Shown piece by piece: positions 9,775 to 20,222 of a stretch of 24,000 nt of DNA. Location of the stretch: the NCBI RefSeq assembly GCF_051559755.1, contig NZ_CP196247.1; one strand, written 5' to 3'. The translations under genes were made by a program, and so were the position numbers. Each line of letters begins with the position of its first letter. Positions within the stretch are counted from its first letter, which is position 1. The notes under the pieces were generated by a model. It did no database searches and was not told where the DNA came from. It saw only the letters and a program-made list of their open reading frames with translations. The DNA is from Escherichia coli (GTDB taxonomy: Bacteria; Pseudomonadota; Gammaproteobacteria; Enterobacterales; Enterobacteriaceae).

Positions 9775-10353
9775 ATGTACCAGGATCTTATTCGTAATGA
9801 ACTGAACGAAGCGGCGGAAACGCTGGCTAACTTTTTAAAAGATGACGCCAATATTCACGCCATTCAGCGCGCGGCGGTCCTGTTAGCAGACAGCTTTAAA
9901 GCCGGTGGCAAAGTGCTTTCCTGTGGCAACGGCGGCTCCCATTGCGACGCCATGCACTTTGCCGAAGAGTTGACCGGTCGCTACCGTGAAAACCGTCCGG
10001 GCTACCCGGCGATTGCCATTTCTGACGTTAGTCATATTTCCTGCGTCGGTAACGATTTTGGTTTCAATGATATTTTCTCCCGTTACGTTGAAGCGGTAGG
10101 TCGCGAAGGCGATGTACTGCTGGGGATCTCCACTTCCGGTAACTCTGCAAACGTGATCAAAGCGATCGCGGCGGCGCGTGAGAAGGGGATGAAAGTGATC
10201 ACCCTGACCGGTAAAGACGGCGGCAAAATGGCTGGCACGGCGGATATTGAAATTCGCGTTCCGCACTTTGGTTATGCCGACCGCATTCAGGAGATCCACA
10301 TTAAAGTGATCCATATCCTGATCCAGTTAATTGAAAAAGAGATGGTTAAGTAA
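9775..10353 (+). CDS. gmhA: D-sedoheptulose 7-phosphate isomerase
   Basis: [70 protein letters not shown]..., 192 aa (also called lpcA). SIS-domain isomerase motifs. Confidence 0.97.
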
Positions 10354-10363
10354 GTCTGGCGTA

Positions 10364-10495
<132 letters not shown>

Positions 10496-10557
10496 TGAAA
10501 ATTCTTAAATCAATCTTCGCCGGGGGCCATGCGCTCCCGCTGTTGTGGAGGTTACCC

Positions 10558-11325
10558 ATGTGCGAATTGCTCGGGATGAGCGCCAACGTCCCTACCGATA
10601 TCTGCTTTAGTTTCACCGGACTTGTACAGCGTGGTGGTGGAACCGGGCCACATAAAGATGGCTGGGGCATTACCTTTTACGAAGGTAAAGGCTGTCGCAC
10701 ATTTAAAGATCCGCAACCCAGCTTTAATTCCCCCATCGCCAAACTTGTCCAGGACTACCCGATAAAATCCTGTTCGGTGTTGGCTCATATTCGCCAGGCT
10801 AATCGGGGCGAGGTGGCGCTGGAAAATACTCACCCGTTTACCCGCGAGTTATGGGGGCGTAACTGGACTTATGCCCATAATGGGCAACTGACGGGCTACA
10901 AATCACTGGAAACCGGCAACTTCCGCCCGGTCGGTGAAACCGATAGCGAAAAAGCCTTTTGCTGGCTCCTGCATAAATTAACGCAGCGTTACCCGCGCAC
11001 ACCGGGCAACATGGCGGCAGTGTTTAAATATATCGCCTCACTGGCGGATGAACTGCGGCAGAAGGGCGTTTTCAACATGCTACTTTCGGATGGGCGCTAT
11101 GTAATGGCGTATTGCTCGACTAATTTACACTGGATCACCCGCCGCGCGCCGTTTGGCGTGGCAACGTTGCTGGATCAGGATGTGGAAATCGACTTCAGCT
11201 CGCAGACCACACCGAATGATGTGGTCACGGTGATTGCGACACAGCCGTTGACGGGCAATGAAACCTGGCAAAAGATTATGCCAGGTGAATGGCGCTTATT
11301 TTGCCTCGGGGAGTGTGTAGTTTGA
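10558..11325 (+). CDS. yafJ: Class II glutamine amidotransferase family protein
   Basis: [45 protein letters not shown]...; Cys2 N-terminal nucleophile. True start is at 10558 rather than 10543. Confidence 0.95.
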   Translation: MCELLGMSANVPTDICFSFTGLVQRGGGTGPHKDGWGITFYEGKGCRTFKDPQPSFNSPIAKLVQDYPIKSCSVLAHIRQANRGEVALENTHPFTRELWGRNWTYAHNGQLTGYKSLETGNFRPVGETDSEKAFCWLLHKLTQRYPRTPGNMAAVFKYIASLADELRQKGVFNMLLSDGRYVMAYCSTNLHWITRRAPFGVATLLDQDVEIDFSSQTTPNDVVTVIATQPLTGNETWQKIMPGEWRLFCLGECVV

Positions 11326-12036
11326 TGCCAGTTGTGGCTGCACAACTTCGTGGCTTAACGGCTTGCTGACCACGTAACGGCCATTGACCACAGAAACGGT
11401 CGGTGGCTTACGGGTTTGCTCAAAGTAGTCGTAGCCCGGCTTCAGTTGCTCCCAGAAGTCCTTAAAGTTGGAATATTTATGGCGCTTCATATTGGCGTCG
11501 GTCATGCGGAACGGATAAATACTCACTTGCACGCTCGGCTGACCAAACACCAGCGCACCAGTAACGAACTGGAAGATCTCATCAATACCCTGATTGGTCA
11601 TCGCGTAGCAGCCGATGGAAACACAATCGCCGTGAATCATCAGGTATTTCCCTTCATAACCATGCGCACGGTCATAGGCGTTTGGGAATCCAATATTAAT
11701 CGCTTTGTAGTAACGGCTGTCTGGTTTTAACTGATTACGCTGGACGCTATAAAACCCTTCCGGGCTTTTGAAATCGCCCTGACGCTGTTTTGGCCCTAAG
11801 CCGCCGGAATATTTACAGATTTTATAGCTGTCGAGCAGTTGATATTGCTCGCCCATTTTGACGTAGAGATCGAGCGTACGTTCTTCCTTGAAGATCTGGA
11901 TGTAGACAGGGGATCCCATCAACTGCTGCTTATACTCTTTGCTCACTGGCGTGGTCGAGCTACTGCTGCCCAGCAAACCGGCAAACGAAACGCACGGGAT
12001 CAACAACATCGCAAGAATTAATGCGATTTTACGCAT
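11296..12036 (-). CDS. yafK: L,D-transpeptidase-related murein protein
   Basis: [27 protein letters not shown]... with YkuD-like motif '[14 protein letters not shown]'. Converges with and overlaps yafJ by 30 bp. Confidence 0.95.
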   Translation of the reverse strand: MRKIALILAMLLIPCVSFAGLLGSSSSTTPVSKEYKQQLMGSPVYIQIFKEERTLDLYVKMGEQYQLLDSYKICKYSGGLGPKQRQGDFKSPEGFYSVQRNQLKPDSRYYKAINIGFPNAYDRAHGYEGKYLMIHGDCVSIGCYAMTNQGIDEIFQFVTGALVFGQPSVQVSIYPFRMTDANMKRHKYSNFKDFWEQLKPGYDYFEQTRKPPTVSVVNGRYVVSKPLSHEVVQPQLASNYTLPEAK

Positions 12037-12338
12037 ACTGCTTATTCCTTGATAAAACGGTTACACACGCCAGGACGGCAAAATGAATCCCAAATCGGAA
12101 TAGTCTGGATTTGGAAGGCTCACATTATCACCAAAAGAGTTTTACGCAAGCCTGTCGGCGCAGGGTTTACAAATTTAGCACAGAGGCAGTTTTCAAGAGT
12201 CCGAAAAGCGCATGGATTGTAGATTTATTTCTTATTTCCTAAGATTATGAAACCGCAATAGTAATATGCAAATAAGCAATTAATAATCCCGTTTACTCCT
12301 CCGGTCTTTTAAAATTCTCACCTTCATTCAGCTGGTTT

Positions 12339-13097
12339 ATGTCCTTCATGTCTTCGTTCTTGCACGGCAGATTTCTGCATCCAGGCGTGTTTTCGTTATG
12401 CGTTTTGCTCCCTTTACTCGCCAGCGCCACCACATCACATATCTCTTTTAGCTACGCCGCCCGCCAGCGGATGCAAAACCGTGCGCGTTTATTAAAACAG
12501 TACCAAACCCATCTGAAAAAGCAGGCCAGCTATATTGTGGAAGGCAATGCCAAAAGCAGAAGGGCGCTGCGCCAGCATAATCGGGAGCAGATAAAACAGC
12601 ATCCAGAATGGTTTCCTGCGCCGCTCAAGGCGAGTGACAGACGCTGGCAGGCGTTGGTGGAGAATAATCATTTCTTAAGCAGCGACCATCTACATAACAT
12701 CACCGAAGTGGCGATTCACCGCCTGGAGCAGCAGCTAGGTAAGCCTTATATCTGGGGGGGCACGCGGCCTGATAAAGGCTTCGACTGTAGCGGGTTGGTT
12801 TTTTATGCCTACAACAAGATCCTTGAGGCTAAGCTCCCGCGCACGGCCAATGAGATGTACCACTACCGTCGGGCAACGATTGTGGCGAATAACGACCTGC
12901 GCCGGGGAGATTTGCTGTTTTTCCATATCCACAGTCGTGAGATAGCCGACCATATGGGCGTATATCTTGGAGACGGTCAGTTTATCGAGTCACCGCGCAC
13001 CGGGGAAACCATTCGGGTAAGTCGGTTAGCCGAACCTTTCTGGCAGGACCATTTTTTAGGCGCGCGACGGATTTTGACGGAAGAGACGATTTTGTAG
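12339..13097 (+). CDS. yafL: NlpC/P60-family peptidase
   Basis: 'WGGTRPDKGFDCSGLVFYAYNKI', 'GDLLFFHIHSREIADHMGVYLGDGQFIESP'; Cys-His NlpC/P60 motifs and signal peptide. Confidence 0.93.
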   Translation: MSFMSSFLHGRFLHPGVFSLCVLLPLLASATTSHISFSYAARQRMQNRARLLKQYQTHLKKQASYIVEGNAKSRRALRQHNREQIKQHPEWFPAPLKASDRRWQALVENNHFLSSDHLHNITEVAIHRLEQQLGKPYIWGGTRPDKGFDCSGLVFYAYNKILEAKLPRTANEMYHYRRATIVANNDLRRGDLLFFHIHSREIADHMGVYLGDGQFIESPRTGETIRVSRLAEPFWQDHFLGARRILTEETIL

Positions 13098-13177
13098 GCC
13101 GGATAAGGCGTTCACGCCGCATCCGGCGGTTGTGCGCCGGTGTCTGATGCGACGCTACGCGTCTTATCATGCCTACA
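13094..13177. repeat. REP pair (inverted) upstream of rayT
   Basis: gtaggccggataaggcgttcacgccgcatccggc, then gtgtctgatgcgacgctacgcgtcttatcatgcctac. Confidence 0.92.
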
Positions 13178-13272
13178 AATCTGTGCATTTTTTGCGAGCC
13201 GCTTTCCCGATTTAACACAACATCATTGCCGACTTTTCCTTTTCTTCTTACCGTTGAGAAAAAGGAGTCGTT

Positions 13273-13770
13273 ATGTCTGAATATCGTCGTTATTACATCA
13301 AGGGGGGAACCTGGTTTTTCACGGTAAATTTACAGAATCGTCGAAACCAACTTTTGACCACCCAGTTTCAGACGCTCCGTAACGTTATTATTAAAGTTAA
13401 GCGAGACAGACCTTTTGAAATTAACGCTTGGGTAGTTTTGCCGGAGCATATGCATTGCATATGGACATTACCTGAAGGCGATGATGATTTTTCCTCGCGC
13501 TGGCGGGAAATTAAAAAGCAATTTACCCATGCTTGTGGATTGAAAAATATCTGGCAACCACGTTTTTGGGAACATGCTATCCGCAATACCAAAGACTATC
13601 GCCATCATGTTGATTATATTTATATAAATCCAGTAAAACATGGTTGGGTAAAACAAGTGAGTGATTGGCCATTCTCAACGTTTCACCGCGATGTTGCGAA
13701 AGGGTTATATCCCATCGATTGGGCGGGAGACGTAACGGATTTTAGTGCTGGGGAGCGTATCATTTTATAG
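13273..13770 (+). CDS. rayT: REP-associated tyrosine transposase (TnpA-REP/RAYT, Y1 family)
   Basis: MSEYRRYYIKGGTWFFTVNLQNR... 'VVLPEHMHCIWTLP' (HUH motif HMH) and 'YRHHVDYIYINPVKHGWV' (catalytic Tyr region). Flanked on both sides by REP elements. K-12 name yafM. Confidence 0.95.
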   Translation: MSEYRRYYIKGGTWFFTVNLQNRRNQLLTTQFQTLRNVIIKVKRDRPFEINAWVVLPEHMHCIWTLPEGDDDFSSRWREIKKQFTHACGLKNIWQPRFWEHAIRNTKDYRHHVDYIYINPVKHGWVKQVSDWPFSTFHRDVAKGLYPIDWAGDVTDFSAGERIIL

Positions 13771-13778
13771 CTGTGCGC

Positions 13779-14093
13779 CGATGCCTGATGCGACGCAGAC
13801 GCGTCTTATCATGCCTACAAAACCGCGCTCACCCGTAGGCCGGATAAGGCGTTCACGCCGCATCCGGCGGTTGTGCACCGGTGCCTGATGCGACGCAGAT
13901 GCGTCTTATCATGCCGACAAAACCGCACTCACCCGTAGGCCGGATAAGGCGTTCACGCCGCATCCGGCGGTTGTGCACCGGTGCCAGATGCGCCGCTACG
14001 CGTCTTATCATGCCGACAAAACCGCACTCACCCGTAGGCCGGATAAGGCGTTCACGCCGCATCCGGCAATATGCACCGATGCCGGATGCCTAC
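13779..14093. repeat. BIME array: about 3 tandem units (~100 bp period) of alternating inverted REPs
   Basis: gtaggccggataaggcgttcacgccgcatccggc at 13835, 13935 and 14034, interleaved with (c/a)gatgcg...gcgtcttatcatgcc(t/g)ac at about 13783, 13883 and 13983. Ends with gatgccggatgcctac. Confidence 0.93.
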
Positions 14094-15829
14094 ATCAACG
14101 CCCCCATTATCTTCAACTCCAGCTCATCCAGCACTTCGTTATACGACAGCACATGCAGCCCTGGTGCAAACAACCTTGCGTAGCGCGCCAGCAAAGGGCG
14201 CAGCTGCGGCGGCACCAGCAGCACCGGATCTTTCCCCGCCGCTTTCATCTGCTCCTTCACCTGCGGCATCGTGATCTGAAACTGGTTGAGCATATTCGGG
14301 TCCACCGGCACGCTATCGAGCATCACTTTGCCGGCCTGTTGCGCCTGATTCACCACGTTGGTCAGCAGATTTTCCAGCTCATTATTCAGCGTATACACCG
14401 TCAGCTCCTGCTTGCGAACGAACGGATGGGTAATGCTGCGCCGCAGCACCAGGCGCACATCGGCCGTCAGCAGAATATGATCTTTAGTCACCGCACTACT
14501 GGCGACCAACACGGTGGCGATGGTGACGATATCGCGCAGGGAAACGCTTTCAGTCAGTAGTGTGCGGTACACTTTCAGCAACTGGCTGTAATTGAGCGCC
14601 GCGCTCAAATCTTCCGCCAGTCGCGGTGCCATCGACGACAAACGGTTATGCAGCTGAGTAATATCGTCATAGTTAAACAAATCAGGAATATAGCTGCGCA
14701 CAATCTTATTCACATGGGTGGCAATTACGCTGGCGCTGTCGATCACCTGATACCCCATATTCAGCGCCTTCGCTTTCTGCGCGGGCTGAATCCAGGTGAC
14801 CGGCATCCCGTACGCCGGGTCGTTCCCCAGCACGCCGTCTATCTCGCCGTAGGTTTCGCTGGAGGGCAGGGCCATCAGTTTATCCGCCGGAATATCCGCT
14901 TCATCAGCCTTAATGCCGTTGATGAAAATAGCGTACTGGCTGGGCTTGAGGCGGAAGTTTTCCCGAATACGGATCTCCGGCAGCAGCACGCCGTTGCCGT
15001 CGGAAATCACCTGACGTACGCCGCGAATACGCTGGGTGAGCGGGTTGCCCTGCGCTTTATCCACCAGCGCCACCAGTTTGTAGCCGAGGCTTAAACTGAT
15101 AGGTTCGATCAGCGGAATAGTTTCCCAACTGACCTGTTGCTCGCTGGTTTCTGTCATCGTACGGGTTAGCGTTTCGAGGCTTTTCTCTTCCGCCTCCGCC
15201 GCTTGCGGGCGCTTGCTCATCCGCCAGCCGGTAAAACCAAGCAGGGCGCTGAACATCAGGAACGGGAAATGCGGCATTCCCGGCACCACCGCCAGCACGA
15301 ACATAATTCCAGTGGCGGTGTAGAGAACCGACGGGCTTGCCAGCAACTGATTACGCACGTCATGGGCGATATCACCGTTATCGCTGACGCGGGTGACGAT
15401 AATCGCCGCCGCGGTGGAGAGCAGCAGGGAAGGGATTTGCGCCACCAGCCCATCGCCGATAGTCATCAGCACATATTGCTGGAAGGCGGCGTCGGCGCTC
15501 AGGTTGTATTTGAAGATCCCGATACAGACGCCGCCGATCAGGTTGATCGCCAGAATCATCATCCCGGCGATGGCATCCCCGCGCACAAATTTTGATGCCC
15601 CGTCCATTGCGCCGTAGAAATCGGCCTCGCTGGCAACATCTTTACGCCGGGTTTGCGCCTGCGTCTGGTTGATCAACCCGGCGTTAAGATCGGCGTCAAT
15701 CGCCATCTGTTTGCCGGGCATCGCGTCCAGGGTAAAGCGGGCAGAAACCTCGGAAATACGCTCGGCCCCCTTGGTGACGACGATAAAGTTGATTGTCAAC
15801 AGCGTCAGTAAATCCGAGCGTGAAAGCAT
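14090..15829 (-). pseudogene. lfhA: N-terminally truncated FlhA-like export protein, remnant of the Flag-2 lateral flagellar locus
   Basis: 579 aa beginning MLSRSDLLTLLTINFIVVTKGAERISEVSARFTLDAMPGKQMAIDADLNAG..., an internal FlhA region. The first membrane segments of FlhA are missing. Confidence 0.92.
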
Positions 15830-16559
15830 TATCGCCGCGCTGCACGGGCAGTCGATTTTTAACGGTGGTGGGTTGTCGCCGTTAAATAAAATCAGCCCGT
15901 CTCATCTGCCAAAACCTGCCACCGTGGCGGTGCCGGAAGAGACGGAGAAAAAAGCGCGCGACGTCAACGAGAAAACGGCGCTGTTGAAGAAGAAATCCGC
16001 CACCGAGCTTGGCGAGCTGGCGACCAGTATCAATACCATCGCCCGTGATGCGCATATGGAAGCGAATCTGGAGATGGAGATTGTTCCCCAGGGATTACGC
16101 GTGCTGATTAAAGACGACCAGAACCGCAATATGTTTGAACGCGGCAGCGCGAAGATTATGCCGTTCTTTAAAACTTTGCTGGTGGAGCTTGCGCCAGTGT
16201 TAGACTCGCTCGATAACAAAATTATTATTACCGGGCATACCGATGCGATGGCCTACAAAAACAATATCTACAACAACTGGAACCTTTCGGGCGATCGCGC
16301 GCTTTCGGCTCGTCGGGTGCTGGAAGAGGCCGGAATGCCGGAAAATAAAGTGATGCAGGTAAGCGCAATGGCGGACCAGATGCTGCTGGATGCCAAAAAT
16401 CCGCAAAGCGCGGGCAACCGGCGCATTGAGATTATGGTGCTGACCAAAAGTGCGTCCGATACGCTGTATCAATACTTTGGTCAGCATGGGGATAAAGTGG
16501 TGCAGCCGCTGGTGCAAAAGCTGGATAAGCAGCAGGTGCTTTCGCAGCGAGCGCGTTAA
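15813..16559 (+). pseudogene. lafU: N-terminally truncated MotB-like (OmpA-domain) lateral flagellar motor protein
   Basis: SKSERESIIAALHGQSIFNGGG...IIITGHTDAMAYKNNIYNNWNLSGDRALSARRVLEEAGMPENKVMQVSAMADQ...NRRIEIMVL. The OmpA-like domain is present; the TM/plug N-terminus is absent. Confidence 0.9.
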
Positions 16560-16597
16560 ATGCTGAATCTTTACGCATTTCTCAAACCCTGAAATCA

Positions 16598-16613
16598 CTG
16601 TATACTTTACCAG
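16598..16613 (+). promoter_or_regulatory. LexA (SOS) box upstream of dinB
   Basis: CTGTATACTTTACCAG, a near match to CTGT-N8-ACAG, 17 bp before the dinB ATG. Confidence 0.85.
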
Positions 16614-16629
16614 TGTTGAGAGGTGAGCA

Positions 16630-17685
16630 ATGCGTAAAATCATTCATGTGGATATGGACTGCTTTTTCGCAGCGGTGGAGATGCGCGACAATCCCGCCCT
16701 GCGCGATATCCCTATTGCTATTGGCGGCAGCCGCGAACGACGGGGGGTAATCAGCACCGCCAATTATCCCGCGCGTAAATTTGGCGTACGTAGCGCTATG
16801 CCGACAGGGATGGCGCTCAAATTATGCCCGCATCTCACCTTGCTTCCAGGGCGCTTTGACGCCTACAAAGAAGCCTCAAATCATATCCGCGAAATTTTCT
16901 CGCGCTATACCTCGCGCATTGAACCGTTATCACTGGATGAAGCCTATCTCGATGTCACCGATAGCGTCCATTGCCACGGTTCTGCGACCCTCATCGCCCA
17001 GGAAATCCGCCAGACGATCTTCAACGAGCTGCAACTGACGGCGTCTGCGGGCGTTGCGCCGGTCAAGTTTCTCGCCAAAATCGCCTCCGACATGAATAAA
17101 CCCAACGGTCAGTTTGTGATTACTCCGGCTGAGGTTCCGGCATTTCTGCAAACCTTACCGCTGGCAAAAATTCCCGGCGTCGGCAAAGTCTCAGCGGCTA
17201 AACTGGAAGCGATGGGGCTACGAACCTGCGGTGATGTGCAAAAGTGTGATCTGGTGACTCTGCTCAAACGTTTTGGCAAATTTGGCCGCATTTTGTGGGA
17301 GCGTAGTCAGGGCATTGACGAGCGCGACGTTAACAGCGAAAGGTTGCGAAAATCCGTCGGTGTAGAACGTACGATGGCGGAAGATATTCATCACTGGTCT
17401 GAATGTGAAGCGATCATCGAGCGGCTTTACCCTGAACTGGAGCGTCGTTTGGCAAAGGTAAAACCTGATTTGCTGATTGCCCGCCAGGGGGTGAAATTAA
17501 AGTTCGACGATTTTCAGCAAACCACCCAGGAACACGTCTGGCCGCGGCTGAATAAATCTGATCTAATCGCCACCGCGCGTAAAACCTGGGATGAACGCCG
17601 CGGCGGGCGCGGTGTGCGACTGGTGGGGCTGCATGTGACGTTGCTTGACCCGCAAATGGAAAGACAACTGGTGCTGGGATTATGA
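16630..17685 (+). CDS. dinB: DNA polymerase IV
   Basis: [33 protein letters not shown]... 'SLDEAYLDV'; 351 aa Y-family polymerase. Confidence 0.98.
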   Translation: MRKIIHVDMDCFFAAVEMRDNPALRDIPIAIGGSRERRGVISTANYPARKFGVRSAMPTGMALKLCPHLTLLPGRFDAYKEASNHIREIFSRYTSRIEPLSLDEAYLDVTDSVHCHGSATLIAQEIRQTIFNELQLTASAGVAPVKFLAKIASDMNKPNGQFVITPAEVPAFLQTLPLAKIPGVGKVSAAKLEAMGLRTCGDVQKCDLVTLLKRFGKFGRILWERSQGIDERDVNSERLRKSVGVERTMAEDIHHWSECEAIIERLYPELERRLAKVKPDLLIARQGVKLKFDDFQQTTQEHVWPRLNKSDLIATARKTWDERRGGRGVRLVGLHVTLLDPQMERQLVLGL

Positions 17686-17736
17686 TGTATACTATTTTGT
17701 ATATTCTGGTGTGCATTATTATGAGGAGATCACTGT

Positions 17737-18030
17737 ATGCATCGAATTCTCGCTGAAAAATCGGTCAATATCACTGAGTTACGTAAAAACCCAGCTAAAT
17801 ACTTTATTGATCAACCTGTTGCGGTTCTTTCTAATAATCGCCCCGCAGGATATCTCTTAAGTGCCAGCGCATTTGAAGCATTAATGGACATGCTTGCAGA
17901 ACAAGAGGAGAAAAAGCCCATAAAGGCGCGCTTCCGTCCGAGTGCTGCAAGATTAGAGGAAATTACACGCCGCGCTGAACAATATCTTAATGATATGACG
18001 GATGATGATTTCAATGACTTTAAGGAATAA
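17737..18030 (+). CDS. yafN: Antitoxin YafN (Phd/YefM-like)
   Basis: MHRILAEKSVNITELRKNPAKYFIDQPVAVLSNNRPAGYLLSASAFEALMDML...; 97 aa. Confidence 0.95.
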   Translation: MHRILAEKSVNITELRKNPAKYFIDQPVAVLSNNRPAGYLLSASAFEALMDMLAEQEEKKPIKARFRPSAARLEEITRRAEQYLNDMTDDDFNDFKE

Positions 18031-18032
18031 GG

Positions 18033-18431
18033 ATGCGGGTATTCAAAACAAAACTTATTCGCCTGCAACTTACAGCAGAGGAACTTGAAGCGTTAACGGC
18101 GGATTTTATTTCCTATAAGCGTGACGGTGTTTTGCCAGATATATTTGGTCGTGATGCACTCTACGACGACTCGTTTACCTGGCCATTAATCAAATTTGAG
18201 CGAGTTGCTCATATTCATCTGGCAAATGTGAATAATCCATTTCCGCCACAGTTGCGCCAATTCAGCAGAACGAATGACGCAGCGCATTTGGTATATTGTC
18301 AGGGCGCGTTTGATGAGCAAGCATGGTTGCTCATTGCCATTCTGAAACCTGAACCTCATAAACTGGCTCGAGATAACAACCAAATGCATAAAATTGGGAA
18401 AATGGCAGAAGCGTTTCGCATGCGTTTTTGA
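18033..18431 (+). CDS. yafO: Ribosome-dependent mRNA interferase toxin YafO
   Basis: MRVFKTKLIRLQLTAEELEALTADFISYKRDGVLPDIFGRDALYDDSFTWPLIKFERVAHIHLAN...; 132 aa, 2 bp after yafN. Confidence 0.95.
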   Translation: MRVFKTKLIRLQLTAEELEALTADFISYKRDGVLPDIFGRDALYDDSFTWPLIKFERVAHIHLANVNNPFPPQLRQFSRTNDAAHLVYCQGAFDEQAWLLIAILKPEPHKLARDNNQMHKIGKMAEAFRMRF

Positions 18432-18440
18432 ATTTATATT

Positions 18441-18893
18441 ATGAATAACATACAAATAAGAAACTATCAGCCTGGTGATTTTCAGCAACTATGCGCTATT
18501 TTCCTTCGAGCTGTTACGATGACGGCGAGTCAGCACTATTCTCCACAGCAAATTGCCGCCTGGGCGCAGATTGACGAATCTCGCTGGAAGGAGAAACTCG
18601 CGAAATCACAAGTGCGGGTTGCAGTTATTAATGCACAACCGGTTGGTTTTATTACCTGCATTGGACATTATATCGATATGTTATTTGTTGAACCGGAATA
18701 CACCCGACGCGGGGTTGCCAGCGCTTTGTTAAAACCATTGATTAAGTCTGAATCCGAACTTACGGTGGACGCCAGCATAACCGCAAAACCCTTTTTTGAA
18801 CGTTATGGTTTTCAGACAGTTAAGCAGCAGCGCGTTGAATGCCGGGGAACGTGGTTTACTAATTTTTATATGCGATATAAACCGCAACATTAA
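18441..18893 (+). CDS. yafP: GNAT-family acetyltransferase
   Basis: MNNIQIRNYQPGDFQQLCAIFLRAVTMTASQHYSPQQIAAW...'VEPEYTRRGVASALLK'. Confidence 0.95.
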   Translation: MNNIQIRNYQPGDFQQLCAIFLRAVTMTASQHYSPQQIAAWAQIDESRWKEKLAKSQVRVAVINAQPVGFITCIGHYIDMLFVEPEYTRRGVASALLKPLIKSESELTVDASITAKPFFERYGFQTVKQQRVECRGTWFTNFYMRYKPQH

Positions 18894-19082
18894 ATCCAGC
18901 TTGCAATGAAAATAACGCCCGTCTAGTATGTGCGCGTTTTCTTATTCCACAAACTGCAAGGAGGTAAATCATGACAAATCCTTTATCAATGACTCTTTGC
19001 AGACCTTTCCAGGATTAATTCTTTTTTCTTGCCCTGGATTCGTCTGCCATTTCCTGATTTTTATTCATAAATGGAATGGTAC

Positions 19083-20222
19083 ATGGGCAAATATATTCGT
19101 CCCTTATCCGATGCGGTATTTACCATCGCATCTGATGACCTGTGGATCGAAAGTTCAGCGATCCAACAATTACACACCACGGCAAATTTACCCAACATGC
19201 AGCGCGTTGTGGGGATGCCAGATTTACATCCCGGACGCGGCTACCCGATTGGCGCAGCGTTCTTCTCTGTTGGTCGTTTTTACCCGGCACTGGTCGGCAA
19301 TGATATCGGCTGCGGCATGGCGCTATGGCAAACAGATATTCTCGCTCGCAAATACAACGCCGATAAGTTTGAAAAGCGATTATCAGATCTGGATGACGTT
19401 GCTGAAGAAAGCTGGCTGGAGGAAAACCTGCCGTCAGCATTTGCACAGCATCCGTGGCGCAACTCGCTTGGCTCCATCGGTGGCGGTAACCACTTCGCAG
19501 AACTGCAACAGATTGATCAAATTATCGACGCGGAACTGTTTGCACTGGCTGGTCTGGATGCGCAGCATCTGCAACTGCTGGTTCATAGCGGCTCGAGGGG
19601 ATTGGGGCAGTCTATTTTACAGCGGCATATTGCCTCGTTTTCGCATCATGGTTTGCCTGAAGGCAGTGACGACGCGCTACGGTATATTGCGGAACATGAC
19701 GATGCGCTGGCGTTTGCGCGTATTAATCGCCAGCTGATCGCTTTGCGCATAATGCAACAAGTTAAGGCCACCGGAAGTCCGGTTCTGGATGTGGCGCATA
19801 ACTTTGTTAGCGCGTGCCAAATCGGCGATCAACAGGGCTGGTTGCATCGTAAAGGCGCCACGCCGGATGACAACGGTCTGGTGATTATTCCCGGTTCACG
19901 CGGCGATTACTCCTGGCTGGTTAAACCTGTTGCGAACGAAAAAACGCTCCACTCGCTGGCGCATGGGGCGGGGCGTAAATGGGGGCGCACCGAGTGTAAA
20001 GGGCGTCTGGCAGCGAAATACACGGCGACGCAACTCTCGCGGACTGAACTTGGCAGTCGGGTAATTTGTCGCGATAAACAACTCATCTTTGAAGAAGCGC
20101 CACAAGCCTATAAATCGGCTGAAAGCGTGGTGCAATGTCTGGTGCTGGCTGGGTTAATTATTCCTGTCGCGCGACTGCGCCCGGTGCTGACGCTCAAAAA
20201 CAGTGGAGGGAAAAAAGGATGA
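19083..20222 (+). CDS. rtcB2: RtcB-like RNA ligase RtcB2 (RNA repair)
   Basis: [19 protein letters not shown]... with RtcB-family motifs: [50 protein letters not shown]. The listed ORF starts at 19071; the ATG at 19083 gives the usual MGKYIRPL start. Confidence 0.92.
   Translation: MGKYIRPLSDAVFTIASDDLWIESSAIQQLHTTANLPNMQRVVGMPDLHPGRGYPIGAAFFSVGRFYPALVGNDIGCGMALWQTDILARKYNADKFEKRLSDLDDVAEESWLEENLPSAFAQHPWRNSLGSIGGGNHFAELQQIDQIIDAELFALAGLDAQHLQLLVHSGSRGLGQSILQRHIASFSHHGLPEGSDDALRYIAEHDDALAFARINRQLIALRIMQQVKATGSPVLDVAHNFVSACQIGDQQGWLHRKGATPDDNGLVIIPGSRGDYSWLVKPVANEKTLHSLAHGAGRKWGRTECKGRLAAKYTATQLSRTELGSRVICRDKQLIFEEAPQAYKSAESVVQCLVLAGLIIPVARLRPVLTLKNSGGKKG

Noticed and set aside
13779-14093. 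Possible CRISPR array because of the regular ~100-bp spacing of near-identical palindromic units
   Set aside because: The units are classic REP/BIME sequences (GCCGGATAAGGCG...CGCCGCATCCGGC) and the intervening sequences are nearly identical to each other, unlike unique CRISPR spacers. No cas genes are present.
13853-14560. ORFs such as MRRERLIRPTGECGFVGMIRRV repeated, and 13881-14183 / 13973-14560
   Set aside because: Translations of the REP/BIME repeat array and not genuine repeat proteins.
14648-15595. Plus-strand ORFs (148 and 130 aa) opposite the flhA remnant
   Set aside because: Antisense shadow ORFs; the minus-strand frame is a clear FlhA homolog.
18928-19737. 269-aa ORF MCAFSYSTNCKEVNHDK... 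overlapping yafP-rtcB2
   Set aside because: Out-of-frame shadow of rtcB2. The protein has low-complexity, non-family composition, whereas the frame-0 product carries every RtcB motif.
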